This document shows, in pieces, positions 1 through 12,529 of a DNA stretch of 64,000 nt (positions are counted from its first letter, which is position 1; every line of letters starts with the position of its first letter). The position numbers were made by a program, and so were the translations under genes. Source of the stretch: Prorocentrum cordatum (lineage: Eukaryota). The notes under the pieces are model-generated. The model ran no database searches and was not told the DNA's origin. It was given only the letters and a program-made list of their open reading frames with translations. The stretch lies in the NCBI GenBank assembly GCA_963575745.1, contig CAUYUJ010000210.1, positions 1-64,000 of the forward strand, written 5' to 3'.

Positions 1-3000
1 ACCTCGGCGGCCACAGTGGGCAATGCCAACGAGGGTGGGGAGCTCTTCAAGTGCCAGGGCCATCGCCACGCGCACAGAGTGATTCCGAAGGCGCCCTCTG
101 TGCCCAGTTTTTGTGCAGAGGGCTCTGATGCCCTCGATGGCTTCCTTCCAGTCGCCTTGCACATGGCAGGTTTCTCGATTATCGCTATAATCTTCTACGC
201 ACATCCATCTGTCGGCCTGCTGGAGAAAATGCGCGGCGCTTCGCCAAGCTAGGCGCTTTCATTCAGAGTGTGCAGCTGCCTTGGTTCTTATTGCTGGTGA
301 CTTTAGTATTGACATCAGTGCGTTCGAACGTTCTGTCTTTTTGAAGTGAATTCAAGGATTCACCCAGCGGGCTGATATAGCATTTACCTGCGTCGGGAGC
401 GCAAGTGGATCGCAGATCGATTTTGTTGTTGCTTCCGAGAATTGCCGTCCTTGCATACATAGCGCGTCAGCGGTCACCGATGTGCCCTGGAGCCCTCATT
501 GTGGCATTGAAATTCGCCTTAGAGGGACTGGGCAACAATTGGTGATGAGATCCCTGGAAGTTGCTCCCCGCCTTCCCCAGGTCCCTCGCCCCTCCTCTTC
601 CCCCACTGCCAGCTCCAAGAGTAGTGCTGCCAAGCTCGCCCATCTGGGGCAAGCGCGGCAAGCTCGCGAGCGCATTAAAGCAGAATGTGAACAGCTATTT
701 TCCCACGCTTTTCCCGCGCCCAGGCCATCAGGGCCTGATGTATCGCACCTTTCGGGCCCTGGGACCGCGGCCGACAAGCCTGAGGTCCCACTGGTGGCGG
801 ATCCCGTTTTGGATCCCAATTCTGTAGGAAGTGATCTGGACTTCGGCTTCGATGAAGAAGACTCTTGGGCCGATGAGTCGGGCTTCAAGCCGTGCAATAG
901 TGTCGGCCAGCAGCAGCAATGTGATAGCAGTGCCGCAAAACATAGCTCGATTGATTGCGTGACCTCTGGAGGGGGGTTGGAAGTTGGCGAACGTTTGGGA
1001 GGAGACCCAGCCCCTGCGTCTGGCCCTGGGGAGACGGGCCTCGGCACAGCCGAGGAGCAGCATGATCTCGCCCCTGCTGATGCTGCTGTGGCTCCTGCTC
1101 CTCTCCCGACTTTCTCCATTCCCAGCCCCACGTACGTAAGCATATCAGCTAAAGCTCCCTGGCGCTCACACTCTTCTTCCGACGTCTGGTCGCCAATCAA
1201 GCCATCCCTCGCCTGCCAGGCAGGGGGGGGAGCATGCCCATTCCATCAGCAACAACTTCGCGCGATGGATCGACGCAGTCGAGCAGACCATCGCCAGCCA
1301 CCACGGCCTCGAGGCTCCCAGACTCCCTCGGCGCGGGGGGCTCAACGCGCAGGTGGCGCCCGTGCGCCAAGCCGAGCCTGCGAGGAGCCGGCCGCTCCAG
1401 GACGGCGTGGCAGGACGGGCGGGGCAGGCCGCGCACGGCGGCGCAGCGCGCGCTGCGGCACCGGCGACGGCGCAGCGGCGAGGGCCAGGCGCTGCCCCTG
1501 GCAGAGGCGGCCCAACGCCTGGCGGACCACCCGCTGGATGGAGCAGGCTCTGCCCTGCCGTCTGCGCACGGCAGCTGGACCCCCCTCCCGGGCGGCGTGC
1601 GGCGGCGGGGGGGCCTCGCGGTGGACCAGCTCGCCGACTGGGAGGAAAAGTGCTTCAGGGCTGCTCGTCGCGCTCAGAGTCGGGCGGCAGCGGCCTCGTT
1701 GCGCGAGCTCCAGGACTGGATCAGTTCGGCAGCGACGCAGGGGCAAGTGCACCGCAGCGTCGAGGACGGCGACCCTGAGCCCGATGAGCTGGACGCTGAC
1801 ACGGGGGCCCTTGTGCGCCCCATTGATATCGTGGATTCGAAAATGGAGAAGTGGCAGGCTAAGTGGAGAGGGCCAGCCACGCATAGCAGCATCATGGGCA
1901 CCTTCGACAATGTCAGGGGGCGCGCGGGGGCCGAGACGCTCGAGCCACTCTCGCGGTCAGTGACTTGAGGACGGCGCCGCGGGGAACATGACGGCCCGCG
2001 CAGGCCTCGGAGTGGACCGCCTGTCGCCCCTCGACTTCGAGCGGCTCCCGCAGGAGGGGCTCCAGGATATGTGCGACCTCTTCACCACGATCGAGGGGGG
2101 CCTCTCCTGGCCGTGGCAAGTCACGTGTATGATTGGGGGGCTGCTGGCCACGCGGTCGGGGGGCGACCGCGTCATCGGCTGCTGCCGATGCTGCGCCGTG
2201 TCTGGCCCATAGCCAGAGAGACGCAGATGAAGGAGCGGTCGGCTCAGCAGGGCGACAGCTGGGACGCGGCGATCGCGGGCAACAGCGCCTTGAAGGAGGC
2301 GTTCGCCAGGGCGCTGCAGGATGGGCCTCAGTCGAGTCTCGACATCGACCACGGGCACGGGCTTCTAGACGCGGAGGCCTTCTACGACGGCATCGAGCGG
2401 GGGCCTCTGGCACGGTGCGCAGCCAACACGCGGTTCCCACCAGTGATCCTCTTTTTGGAGCTGCAGCTGTGCCTCGCCCCGAGGCCCCTGCAGCAACTCG
2501 GCTCCGTGTCGGGGCCGTTCCAGGCCACGTGCTCCATAGCGCAGGGGCTCAGGAGCGGCGCGCGGATTGCCAAGTGTCTGACCGCGCACGCGTGCAGGAA
2601 GCTTTGCGTCGCGCACCCATCGATGTCTGAGCGGATCCGGATAAACGACCTCTCGCAGCGGGTTGCAGGGTCGAGGAAGCACGTGCGGAGCACGCTCATC
2701 AAGGGGACCCTGTCCACCGCCAGGGAAGTCAGGAGCCTCGGCCCGGGCATATCCGCCAAGAGCGCGGTCGCATGTTCGCTCCATTGCGATGCGGTTGCAG
2801 TTGCCAAAGTTCTTCGGGGGCGTGGCCCATCGCTGTCAGCGGTGCTCCAGTCGACGCACTTGGGCGTGGACCTGAGTGCGGGGCGCCGCCAGGGCAGGGC
2901 CACGGTGCGCAAGAGAGCCACCAAGGCCCCCACGGCTCACGGCAGGCTTCGCCGATTCGCCCAGGTGGCCAGGCGGTGGAAGGCCACGGCCAAGCTGCAG

Positions 3001-4750
3001 CGCGCGGGCCCCCAGGCGTCAGCGGTGCACGGCCATCAGGTCCACGGCGCGTTCGGGCCCAACATACAGCTGCAGCGGCGGCGCCTTGGAGCGGCGGCGG
3101 GGTCGTCCAAGAGAGGGCGATGCCTCGCCGCGCTCCTGGCCATGCGGCTACCAGGCGCAGATCCAGGAGCGCTTCTTCCACGCCAATGTGCATCGGTGCG
3201 GCTTGCTTTCAGTTTGGGTGGAGGAGCCGCAGCTCAGGCCGTCAATCACTTTGGCGCGGCAGGCGACGGCCAGACATCCGACGAGCACCAAGCCTGAGTT
3301 GCGCAGTCGGCACGTAAGAGGGCCTTTGTCCACAGTAGTTCTGTATTTGGTGGAAGCGGGGTGGACTCCAGCCTCGCCCGTGGAGTGGGATGTGCCGAAT
3401 GACGGTGCTCAAGCTGGCTTCTCCTGGAGATTCGGAGACGCCGAGTTCGCGAGCCTGGACCAAGCATCCCCACTACTCGACGAGCTGCAGCACACCAAGG
3501 AGCTAAAGCAGCGGCGCCTGGCCGCAGCGTTATACTGTTGAGCTGGGCTCGATGACGGAGCCGACATGCATTCTTACAGTAAGTTCGTGGGCGATCTTAC
3601 CCAGGCAAAGCGAGGTCGCCAACTGTCGGAGCTTATGGCTTCGATCGCCACAGGCGGATTTTGGACCAAGGCTCGGAGTTATGATGCTAACCTATGTGCG
3701 AGCTGTTTCTGTGAGCGTTGCAAATTCAGCCGCGAGGCAGCGTTGCACCGTTGTTGAACATGTGAGAAATAACCGACAGTTCGCCAGCATATGCACAAGC
3801 AGCGAACTCTGATGCCGACCCATGTTTTTGGATAAGGGGGGCTTATTCATGCCCCTTGGACTGCTGTTACTCCTCCTCCTTCTGTCGGGTCTTGGAACGG
3901 CAATGGCCCCCTGAATGAAGACCTCGTCGGACCCGCGTGTCTCGGAGAGGGCACCCCCGAGGAGCCCCTTTTTTATCGTGTCCGGGGATGCCTCGGAAGG
4001 GGCCGACACTCACGACAGTCGCATTCGTAGGATCGGTCTTGCCATTGCATGTTTCTTGTGCCCATCACTCTGGGGCCCCATCTTCTCGGGCCTCTAGTGG
4101 GGGGCCAGTCAAACAGTGCCTCGCGGGGAGCGTCAAGCCCTGTCGTGGGCCACCAGGTTTTCGGCGGTAGGTTCACTCTTATACTTTACAGACTGTGCTG
4201 GGGTCGCGAGGGGCGGGCATGCAGGCCAGCTTCGCTCCCCTTTCAGGGCCCCGGGCAGATTTGTGGAGGTCCATTGCCAAGACCCTTTGCAGCCAGCAGA
4301 GGGGCGTTTCTTGTTTACGGCATGTTCGTGTCGTGCCGACCCCAGAGTTGGTTTTTGACACCGCAGGGATCGTTCAACCTTGAACGATCGGCCGCTGCCG
4401 CAACGTCGGATCGTTCAACATCGATCGATTCTGGGTCGCCGGCGGCGTTCAACCTTGAACGCCCGCGCTGGAGTCGCCGCTGGTCGACACGACGCAAACC
4501 TACCGTACCCATAAGTCAGGTCCCGTCTCACCTCGACGGAAAAGAGGTCGCTGCACGTAAGTGGCCCGGCTGGCTGACTCGAGGAAGCTGCGCGGTTGCT
4601 GAGCTCGCCAAGGAGGCGGCCCGTCGGGCGAGCGCGCCCCAGGACCCGTCGAGGATACCTCGATCGGATGTCTAGGGACGTGTTTCCCAGAGCGGGCACT
4701 GAGCTCAGCCTTGTTTCATCCCTGCGGGATGGCGGAAATCCTGACAATCT
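1..4750 (+). mobile_element. Degenerate non-LTR retrotransposon (LINE-like): APE endonuclease - linker - reverse transcriptase - CCHC knuckle - RNase H; 5' end lies outside the window
   Basis: Motifs occur in order across frameshifts and stops. Endonuclease: LIAGDFS (~290-307), SQIDFVVAS (~410-436), DVPWSPH (~479-499). RT: GLGVDRLSP..WP..GGDRVIGLLP (2000-2190), LLDAEAFYD (~2362), SIAQG (~2533), INDL in place of the xxDD motif (~2640). Knuckle: CERC..HRC (3710-3754). RNase H: GDAS (~3984), QTVPRGE (~4110), YFTDC, DLW, VPSH..AELAKEAA (to ~4620). Runs into a (CCT)n tract. Confidence 0.9.
4316..4507. mobile_element. MITE family A, copy 1 (imperfect ~26-bp TIRs, TA duplication), inserted in the LINE RNase H
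   Basis: Ends TACGGCATGTTCGTGTCGTGCCGACC and GGTCGACACGACGCAAACCTACCGTA are inverted repeats. Removing 4318-4507 restores the frame DLWRSIAKTLCSQQRGVSCL|PISQVPSH. Second copy at 29531-29723. Confidence 0.9.
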
Positions 4751-6190
4751 CCTCCCTCCTCGTCCTCGTCCTCCTCCTCCTCCTCCTCCTCCTTCTCCTC
4801 CTCCTCCTCCGCCTCCTCCTCCTCCTCCTCCTCCTCCCCCTCTTCCTCCTCCTCCACCTCCTCCTCCTGCTCCTCCTCCTCCTCCTCAGTCGTAGTCTTA
4901 GTTAGCATAGTATTGTTAGTATTGGTTTTATTATTACTAGTAGTATTACTCTTACCCGTAGTCTTATTCATACTAGCTGATTATTATTCTTAATGGTAAA
5001 CGTAGTATTCGTACGCTGGTGATTATTCGTATTGGAATCAGTAGCATGATTTGTGCATTCGTATTGGTATTATCAACTTGCGCAATATTACCATTCGTCT
5101 TAATATAATGCCCCTCCGTATGATTCGTAACAGTCGTATCCTTATAGCTAGAAGTTTCAGTATTCGCCCTGGTATGTTTATTATTCGTATGAGCTGGCTA
5201 AGTCATATTATGATCGGTCTTCTGGATGAAATAGGCATCCTACTCTTATTATGTGAATATTTAGTATGTGTATCATTGCTCGTATCATTCGTTTGCTTAT
5301 TAGTCTTCCCCTTTCTGCGTCTTCGAAATATTATTCTTCGTAACGCCATGAATAGTATTATCCTCATCCCCCTTCTCCTCCTCCTCCTCCTCCTCCTCCT
5401 CCTCCCTTCACCTCCTCCTCCTCCTCCTCCTCCTCCTCCTCCTCCCCCATTCTCCCCCTCCCCCTCCCCCTCCGCCTCCTCCTCTGCCGCTTCCTCCTCC
5501 TCATCCTCCTCCTCGTCTTCCTATTCTTCCTCGTAGTATTATTTTTCGTCAGAGTATTTTTCTTCGTAGCATTGTCATTATTATTATTCGTAGTGTTATT
5601 ATCAGTGTTAGTATGATTAGTCTTATTATCGGTGTTCTTCTTCATATTATTATTCTATTCGTAGTTGTAGTATTCTTCTCGTTCTAATTATTATTTGTCG
5701 TATTAATAGTACGTTTCGTATTGTTCGTCGTATCCATATTCTTATTATTCTTCTTTATAAGATTCGTAGTCGTCTTAGTCTTATTTTTATTAGTGGGATT
5801 CGTATTATTCGTATTCTTATCAGTATTATTCTTCATATCAGTATTAGTCGTCGTCTTCTTATCCTTATTATTAGTGTTCGTCTTCTTCGTATTAGTATTG
5901 TCAGTAGAATTGCCATTATCATTATTAATAATATTATTGAGATTGATATCATTAGTAGTTTGGTTATTGCTGATATTACTAGTATTCTTGTCCTTGATAG
6001 TATTAGTCGTCTTATGATTCGTCTTATCAGTCGTATTATTATTGTTATGTTTCGTCTTCTTGATGGTGTTATTATTCTGCTTCGTAGTATCCCTAGTTTA
6101 TGATTATTCGTCCTATGTTTCGTCTTATTCGTATTATTAGTATTATTATGATTGTACTTAATAATATTAGGGTTCTTACTCTCTTAGCTT
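4750..6190. repeat. (CCT)n tracts alternating with AT-rich degenerate TAT/TAG/TCG trinucleotide tracts
   Basis: Visible period-3 low-complexity sequence. Confidence 0.9.
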
Positions 6191-6271
6191 AAAGGGACCG
6201 GGCAGCGCTAAGCGCCCCGGGCGGTTCCCCCAGTCCCCGCCCCGCGGTTGCCCCAGTCCCCTGGGCGTTCA

Positions 6272-7012
6272 AGCTGTAGCTTTAGTTGTAGCTTAGCTTT
6301 AGCTTAGCTTTAGCTTAGCTTCAGTTTAGCTTTAGCTTAGCTTTAGCTTCAGCTCAGCTTCAGCTTAGCTTTAACTTAGTTCTATCTTAGCTTTAGCTTA
6401 GCTTTAGCTTAGCTTTGGTTTAGCTTTAGCTTAACTTTACCTTAGCTGTGACTTAGCTTTAGCTTAGCTTCAGCTTTGCTTTACCTTAGCTGTACCTTAG
6501 GTTTAGCTTAGCTTTAGCTTAGCTTTAGCTTAGCGTCAGCTTAGCTTCAGCTTAGCTTTAGCTTAGCTTTAGCTTAACTTTAGCTCAGCTTTAGCTTAGC
6601 TTCAGCTTAGCTTCAGCTTAGATTTAGCTCAGCTTTAGCTTAGCTTTAGCTTTAGTTTAGCTTTAGTTTAGCTTTCGCTTAGCTGTAGCTTAGCTTCAGC
6701 TTAGCTTCAGCTTAGATTTAGCTTATGTTTAGCTTAGCGTTATCTTAGCTTTAGCTTAGCTTTAGCTTAGCTTTAGCTTAGCTTTAGCTTAGCTTTAGCT
6801 TAGCTTTAGCTTAGCTGTAGCTTAGCTTTATCTTAGCTTCAGCTTAGCTTTATCGTGGCTTTACTTTAGCTTTAGCTTAGCGTTTGCTAAGCTTTAGCTT
6901 TAGCTTAGCTTCAGCTTAGCTTCAGCTTAGATTTAGCTTATCTTTAGCTTGGCTTTAGCTCAGCTTTAGCTTAGCTTTAGCTTAGCTGTAGCTTAGCTTT
7001 AGCTTAGCTTCA
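6272..7012. repeat. (TTAGCTTTAGC)n 11-bp satellite built from TTAGC/TTTAGC units
   Basis: About 740 bp of near-continuous TTAGC/TTTAGC units. Confidence 0.95.
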
Positions 7013-10000
7013 CTGTTACTACTAATGCTGCTTTCCTAGGGGCTCCAACTCCTAGGTAGGGTCGCACTGGGATGATTTGTATTATTATTATTCCTCTTCC
7101 TCCTCCTGTTCCTCCTCCTCCTCTTTCTCCTCCTCCCTTGCTCTCCCTCCTCCTCTCCTCGTCCTCCTCCTCCTCCTCCTCTTCTTCCTCCTTCTCCTCA
7201 TCCCCCTCCTCCTCCTCCTCCTCCTCCTCCCCCTCCTCCTCCTGCTGCTCCTCCGTCCTCCGATTCCTATTCCTCCTCCCCCTCCTCCTTTTCAGGCGTT
7301 TTACCATCGGCGGCACGCCGATGGGGGGAAGACAGAGGGGGCGCGCCTTCTCAGAAGGCTCCGAAGCTTTGGGGGTTCTGAGAAGCGTTCTGCGCCTTCT
7401 AGGAAGCACCGCCGCCTTCTGAGAAGGCCTGCTTCCCGCCACCAGCCCGCCGACAAGTGTAGAAGGGGGAGCGCCAACTGTTGGTGAAAGGGACGCGCCG
7501 AGTACCGTTGTGCGACGGCACGCATGCAGCGGGGTGACAGCCATGGGCCCACTTATGGCAGCAGATACCCACCCTGCGACCCCAGACAATCTCAAATCTG
7601 ATATTTCCAATCCGCGGTCCCAGAGCTCCTGACTCCTTCCTCGGAAGTACCAAGCCCCAGAGGCCGAAGTCGAGGCTTAACAACCGGATCGAACAAACAA
7701 AATATCGTCGGAGATCTAGGACTCAGCCCCGCACGAAAGCGTGCCGAAACGCTCGAACGAGCCAGGACGGGCCTCCAACGGCCCCGCCGACCGACCCCCC
7801 ACGCACGATTGAGAACGGAGCCCCCTCCCCCAATGGGCGCCAGGTGCGCCCAGACCCGCGAGGGACGCCCGATGGGGAGCGCGTAAAAAGTAAGGAAGAA
7901 CGGCGGGAACCCCGAGCCCCGTGCCGCCGGCGAGCCCGCGGGGGAAATGAGAAGGGGCGGGCCTGTTCAGAATGCTCGGAAGTCCCCTGGCAGCCTGAAC
8001 AGTTTTGTTTGCACCTTCCCCGAAGACGCAGGAAACTTCTCAGGAGGCCGGACGGAGGGTTTCTGAGAAGCCCCGCCGCCTTCTGAGAAGGCCTCCTCCC
8101 CCTCACCTCCTCCTCCTCCTCCTCCTCCTCCTCCTCCTCCTCCTGCTCCTCCTCCTCCTCCTCCTCCTCCTCCTCCTCCTCCTCCCTCCTCGCTCGCCGC
8201 CGACTCTCACGGTGCTAGAGGGCCCTCGCGCTCCGGCGCGCGGGCTGCATCGCCGTCCAGACAGAACCCGCCGCCCGTGGCTGCACTTCCCAGCAAGCTA
8301 CCTCTCACTGCACTGAGCGGGCCGAACGGCGAGAGGCAACGAGCGCCAACTCCGTTGCTCGAGCACGCGGGGGGCGACGCGCGGCCCTGGAGCACCATGA
8401 AAAATGAGCGTACCAGGTCGAGCACGCCCATCAGCAACAGCGGTCCCAGCAGGAGAGGCAGCGGGAACAGCAGCCATAGCAGTGGCAGTACGGATTCACC
8501 CAATAGTAGTGCGGGGAAAACGACTGGTACGCGGGCAGACCTTACCTGCGATGGTAGTAGTAGCGCTGAGAAGAATGGGCAAAGTCGTGGCTGCAGGATA
8601 CAAGTAAGGAGCATGCGGATACAAATGATCACCGTGCACATAGCAACTGTTACAGAAGTACTGTTATTTGTAGTACATTGTGTAGTAATTTTAGAACTGG
8701 CACTGCTACACCTATAGACACTCCGCGTGGCACTCACAACGCGAAACCAGGCTTTCGCCATCGCGTTCAGCAGAACATATCCTGAGGAGAAAGATAATGC
8801 AAGAGGGCAATTGTGTTTGTTGCGCAGGACACCGGCGACGTCGCTCCAGCCGCACATCCCTCACAGCAGCCGCACATGCGCGCACCAGGGGCGCACTGCC
8901 GCCTAAGTAGGGGCGGAGCTGCGGTGCGAGCATGAAAGAATGTTGTAGACCGCGGGCGCCTATCGGCTACACGCATCAGTGACCCAAGGCAAGAGTGACT
9001 TTTGGTGCGCGGACCGAATGGGAGAAAAATGGCCAGATCCAAGCGCGCAATCAGCTGCTATCGCATCGCGCTCGGCGATCGGAAAGACCCCTGCGAGCCC
9101 GCACCAAAGGCCACTCCGGCGAGTCGAGCCAAGGTGTGCGAGACGGTCAGGCGCCAGTCAAAGCGAGCGGTGGGCTGCACAGGAAGCTAATGCAGGCACG
9201 AAGCGAAGGAGCAACAAACGAGGGAAGAGACAAGACGGGGCCCGATCAGACCAAGAAGGTCGGCGCAGGAGTGCCGGGAGGGCATGCGGCTGCGTACGAG
9301 CAGCAGGTCACCTGCGTGAGGTGGGAGGCCTTGTGAGCGAGCATCAAACAACACGGAATGGGGGATGAACACGACTTTCTTCACAGGAGGAGGATGTCGG
9401 CGGCGGCGATGACGGCGAGGCCTCGTCCGTGCGTCTCTGCGCTCCGGAGCGTCCAAACCTCGCCCCCTTGCAACAGATTGCACACATCAGCCACCTTTTT
9501 GTCAAACCGGCTGCCGGGTCCCAGCACACTGACCACAGGGGGCCGATCTGGCCATCGGAGCCGACGATCCGACGCTCCCGTAGAGCTCCCCAGCTGCCGA
9601 AGGGGCCCAGGCCCGCCATCGCTCGGGCGGCCCTTCCCCGCGCACTGTCGGGCTTCCGGGTGATATCCAGGAGGCTCCCGGACAGCCCTGGCCGAGAGGA
9701 CGTGCACACGTCCGAGCGACGCCAGGGGGGCGGGCTCACGGGGGGTGGGCTCCGGGGGGACGGGCTCCCGCACGGACATCCTCGGTCGGACTCCTCGGGG
9801 GCTCTCTGGCCGAAGGCCTGCAGCAAAGCTGAGCTGGCCAAAAAGCACGCGTTGCCCGACCTATAGTCGCCGCATCCACCTTGTGTCCCGAGGGCACCTC
9901 GTCGCCAGCACATCCACCCCGTCGCCACATCCACCTCGTGTTTGAGCCAGCGCTCCCCGACCTCGTCGCCGGGTCCGGACCTCCAGAACACCTGCAGGCG

Positions 10001-11109
10001 CTGCCACGGCCCACCCCCTTTTGGGGCCACCGAAAGACGGCGGACGGACGCTCGCACAGGCGGCGTGCCAGCGGGCGCGGTCCCCCAAACATTGGAGGGG
10101 GGCGGGCGGTGGCGACGTGGCCGCCGAGCACTCGAGCTACGACCCGAGAGAAGCTCGACAGGCGTTCGAGCCGAACCACCTAGTATAGTCGAGGGTAACG
10201 ACCAGTACCCGACAGGTACCCAACCCCTTCTCCACACGACGCGAACACGTGCATGAGCGCTCCGTACGCAAGAACACCTTGCCAGATGTGCACGACCTGC
10301 GCTACCCTCATCTCCGCCGTGCCTCCCACGAGCCCACGCACACGGCGACACTTGCACACCCTGCGACAATCGACAGGAGTTCACGAAAGTGGCGACCTTT
10401 GCGCAAATCTCAGCCCCGCGACTCCGCCGTGCCCCCCAGGAGCCCGCGAAAATGGCGACGCTTGCCCAGTTCGCAGCCCCCCAGTGGGCAGCCCAGTTAG
10501 CAGGCAGGAGGACGGAAGAGGGAGGCGGAATGAAGAAGAGGTGGAGGCCACAGTGCTCTGAGAACCCCACGCGCTGGAGGGTTGGACAAAAAAGGACCAT
10601 CATTTCCATGGGGCGCCGAAGGTCCACGCGGACTTCACGGAGCGGCGCCGGGACCCCCCGCCCGCCCCCGTCGGGAGGAGCGCGCCAGGGGTGGCGCCAG
10701 AGGCGCCGCCAGGAGGCCCAGCGCCGATCCAAGAAGTCCGCGCGGAGTTCCGAGAGCTTCTGTCCTCCTCGTCCTCCTCCTCCTCCTCGTCCTCCTCCTC
10801 CTCGTCCTCCTCCTCCGCGTGGAGTTTCGAAAGCTTCTTCCCGGGCGCACGCCAGCACGGACTACGCATCGGGGCGAAGCACGAAGCCGGCGCCGCCAGG
10901 CTCGGCGACGGAGCGCGCCGATTCCGCCTGGAAGCGGGACCCCTCGCCGATGCACACGCCGTAATCCGTGCTTGCGCTTCCTCGAGGGGGGTGCCGCGCC
11001 GATCCGAAACCTCCGCGTGGAGCTCCGAGAGTTAACCTCTGCGCGGCTCGCTCCTCTTCGGAAGGAAGAGGGGCAACGGCAGGGAGGACTGGCACAGGGT
11101 GGGCAGACA

Positions 11110-11290
11110 CATCGAACTGGAATCGGCGACACATCGCCGAGTGATCGGCGATAGGCGCCCGATAATGAATCCGAACGTTCCTGGGCAGGTTGGGGCTATC
11201 GGGCCCCGATCGGCGATCAATGGGCGATTCGGGAGAACAGAAGGTACGGATACCTCTACTCCCCGGATGCGTTCTGATCAGAATTTCGAG
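11110..11290. repeat. Dispersed repeat family B, copy 1 (related copy ~24575-24750)
   Basis: Shared core TCGGCGACACATCGCCGA(G/C)TGATCGGCGAT at 11123 and 24588, with downstream similarity (TCCTGGGC..CGGCGATCA..GGGCGA). Confidence 0.7.
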
Positions 11291-11609
11291 GCGAATCCAG
11301 CGGTGGCGGTCAGGGCCTCCCAGGAGGCCCGAAAGGCGAAAACAAGGGAACGATAGCGGTATCGTTACCTTTTCCTCCTCTGACTCATGTCTGCCCCCCC
11401 CTACCGTTGCCCCTGAGAGCACTGAAAGGAGGCGTCCGCTCGTTCTCCCCCATTGCCCCCGCGCTGCGGCGACCCTCCGCTTTCGGCCCCGCTCCTGCAC
11501 CGCGATGACGATCAGCACGAGCACCCTCACCTGCGCGGCGCGCGGCGCGCGCCGGACGGGGGGATTTGCCCATCGCCGGCAGGGCACAGCAGGCCCTGGC
11601 TGTCCGCCC

Positions 11610-12490
11610 TCCCCCTCCTCCTCCCCCTCCTCCTCCTGCTCAGCCCGTCCTTGCACTGCCTCCTCCCCTCTCTCCTCCTCCCCCTCCTCTCTCTCCTCCC
11701 TCTCCTCCTCCTCCTCCTCCTCCTCCTCCTCCTCCTCCTCCTCCTCCTCCCCTCCTCCTCCTCCTCCTCCTCCTCCTCCTCTCCCTCCTCCTCCTCCTCC
11801 TCCTCCTCCTCCCTCCTCCTCCCCTCCTCCTCCTCCTCCTCACTCCCCCTCCTTGCCCTCCTCCTCCCCCTCCTCCTCATCCCGCTCACCAAGGCGGGAA
11901 ACCAGGCGAAGTGAGTCATCCCATCCTGGGGGACTGCGAACCTCCCCATCAAATTGGTGGCTACGAACTCGAGGGGTCCACGAACCCGGTAAGGAACTGG
12001 AAAAAAAATTATTCTGACGCGCGTGCGAACCTTTCCATTTGCTTGTTGCAGCCGCTACCGCCTGCACGTCCTGCGTCTCCTCCTCCTCCTCCTGCTGCTC
12101 CTGCTCCTCCTGCTCCTCCTGCTGCTCCTCCTGCTGCTTCTCCTGCTGCTGCCTATCCTCCACCTCCTCCTCCTCCTCCTCCTCCTCCTCTCCTCCTCCT
12201 CCTCCTCCTCCTCCTCCTCCTCCTCCTCCTCCTCCTTTTCCTCCTCCTACTCCTCCTCCTCCTACTCCTCCTCCTCCTCATCATCAGCAGCAGCATCAGC
12301 ATCAGCATCAGCATCATCATCATCATCAGCAGCATCAGCATCAGCATCAGCATCAGCGTCATCATCATCATCATCACCACCATCATCATCATCCTCCTCC
12401 TTCCTCCTTCCTCCTTCCTCCTTTCTTCTTCCCACTCCTCCTCCCTCATCATCTTCCTGCCTCCACCTTCTTCCTCATCGTCGTCGTCCC
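11610..12490. repeat. (CCT)n / (CAT,CAG)n simple repeat block
   Basis: Visible trinucleotide tracts. Confidence 0.9.
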
Positions 12491-12529
12491 CCTCCTGCAC
12501 GGCGACGCCTGTCACCTGCCAGATGCCTG

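Noticed and set aside
4370..4465. tRNA or tRNA-derived SINE suggested by GTTCAA motifs
   Set aside because: No cloverleaf or A-box spacing; the motifs are hairpin arms inside a TIR element.
6272..7012. Telomere
   Set aside because: The unit is TTAGC/TTTAGC, not TTTAGGG, and the array is internal.
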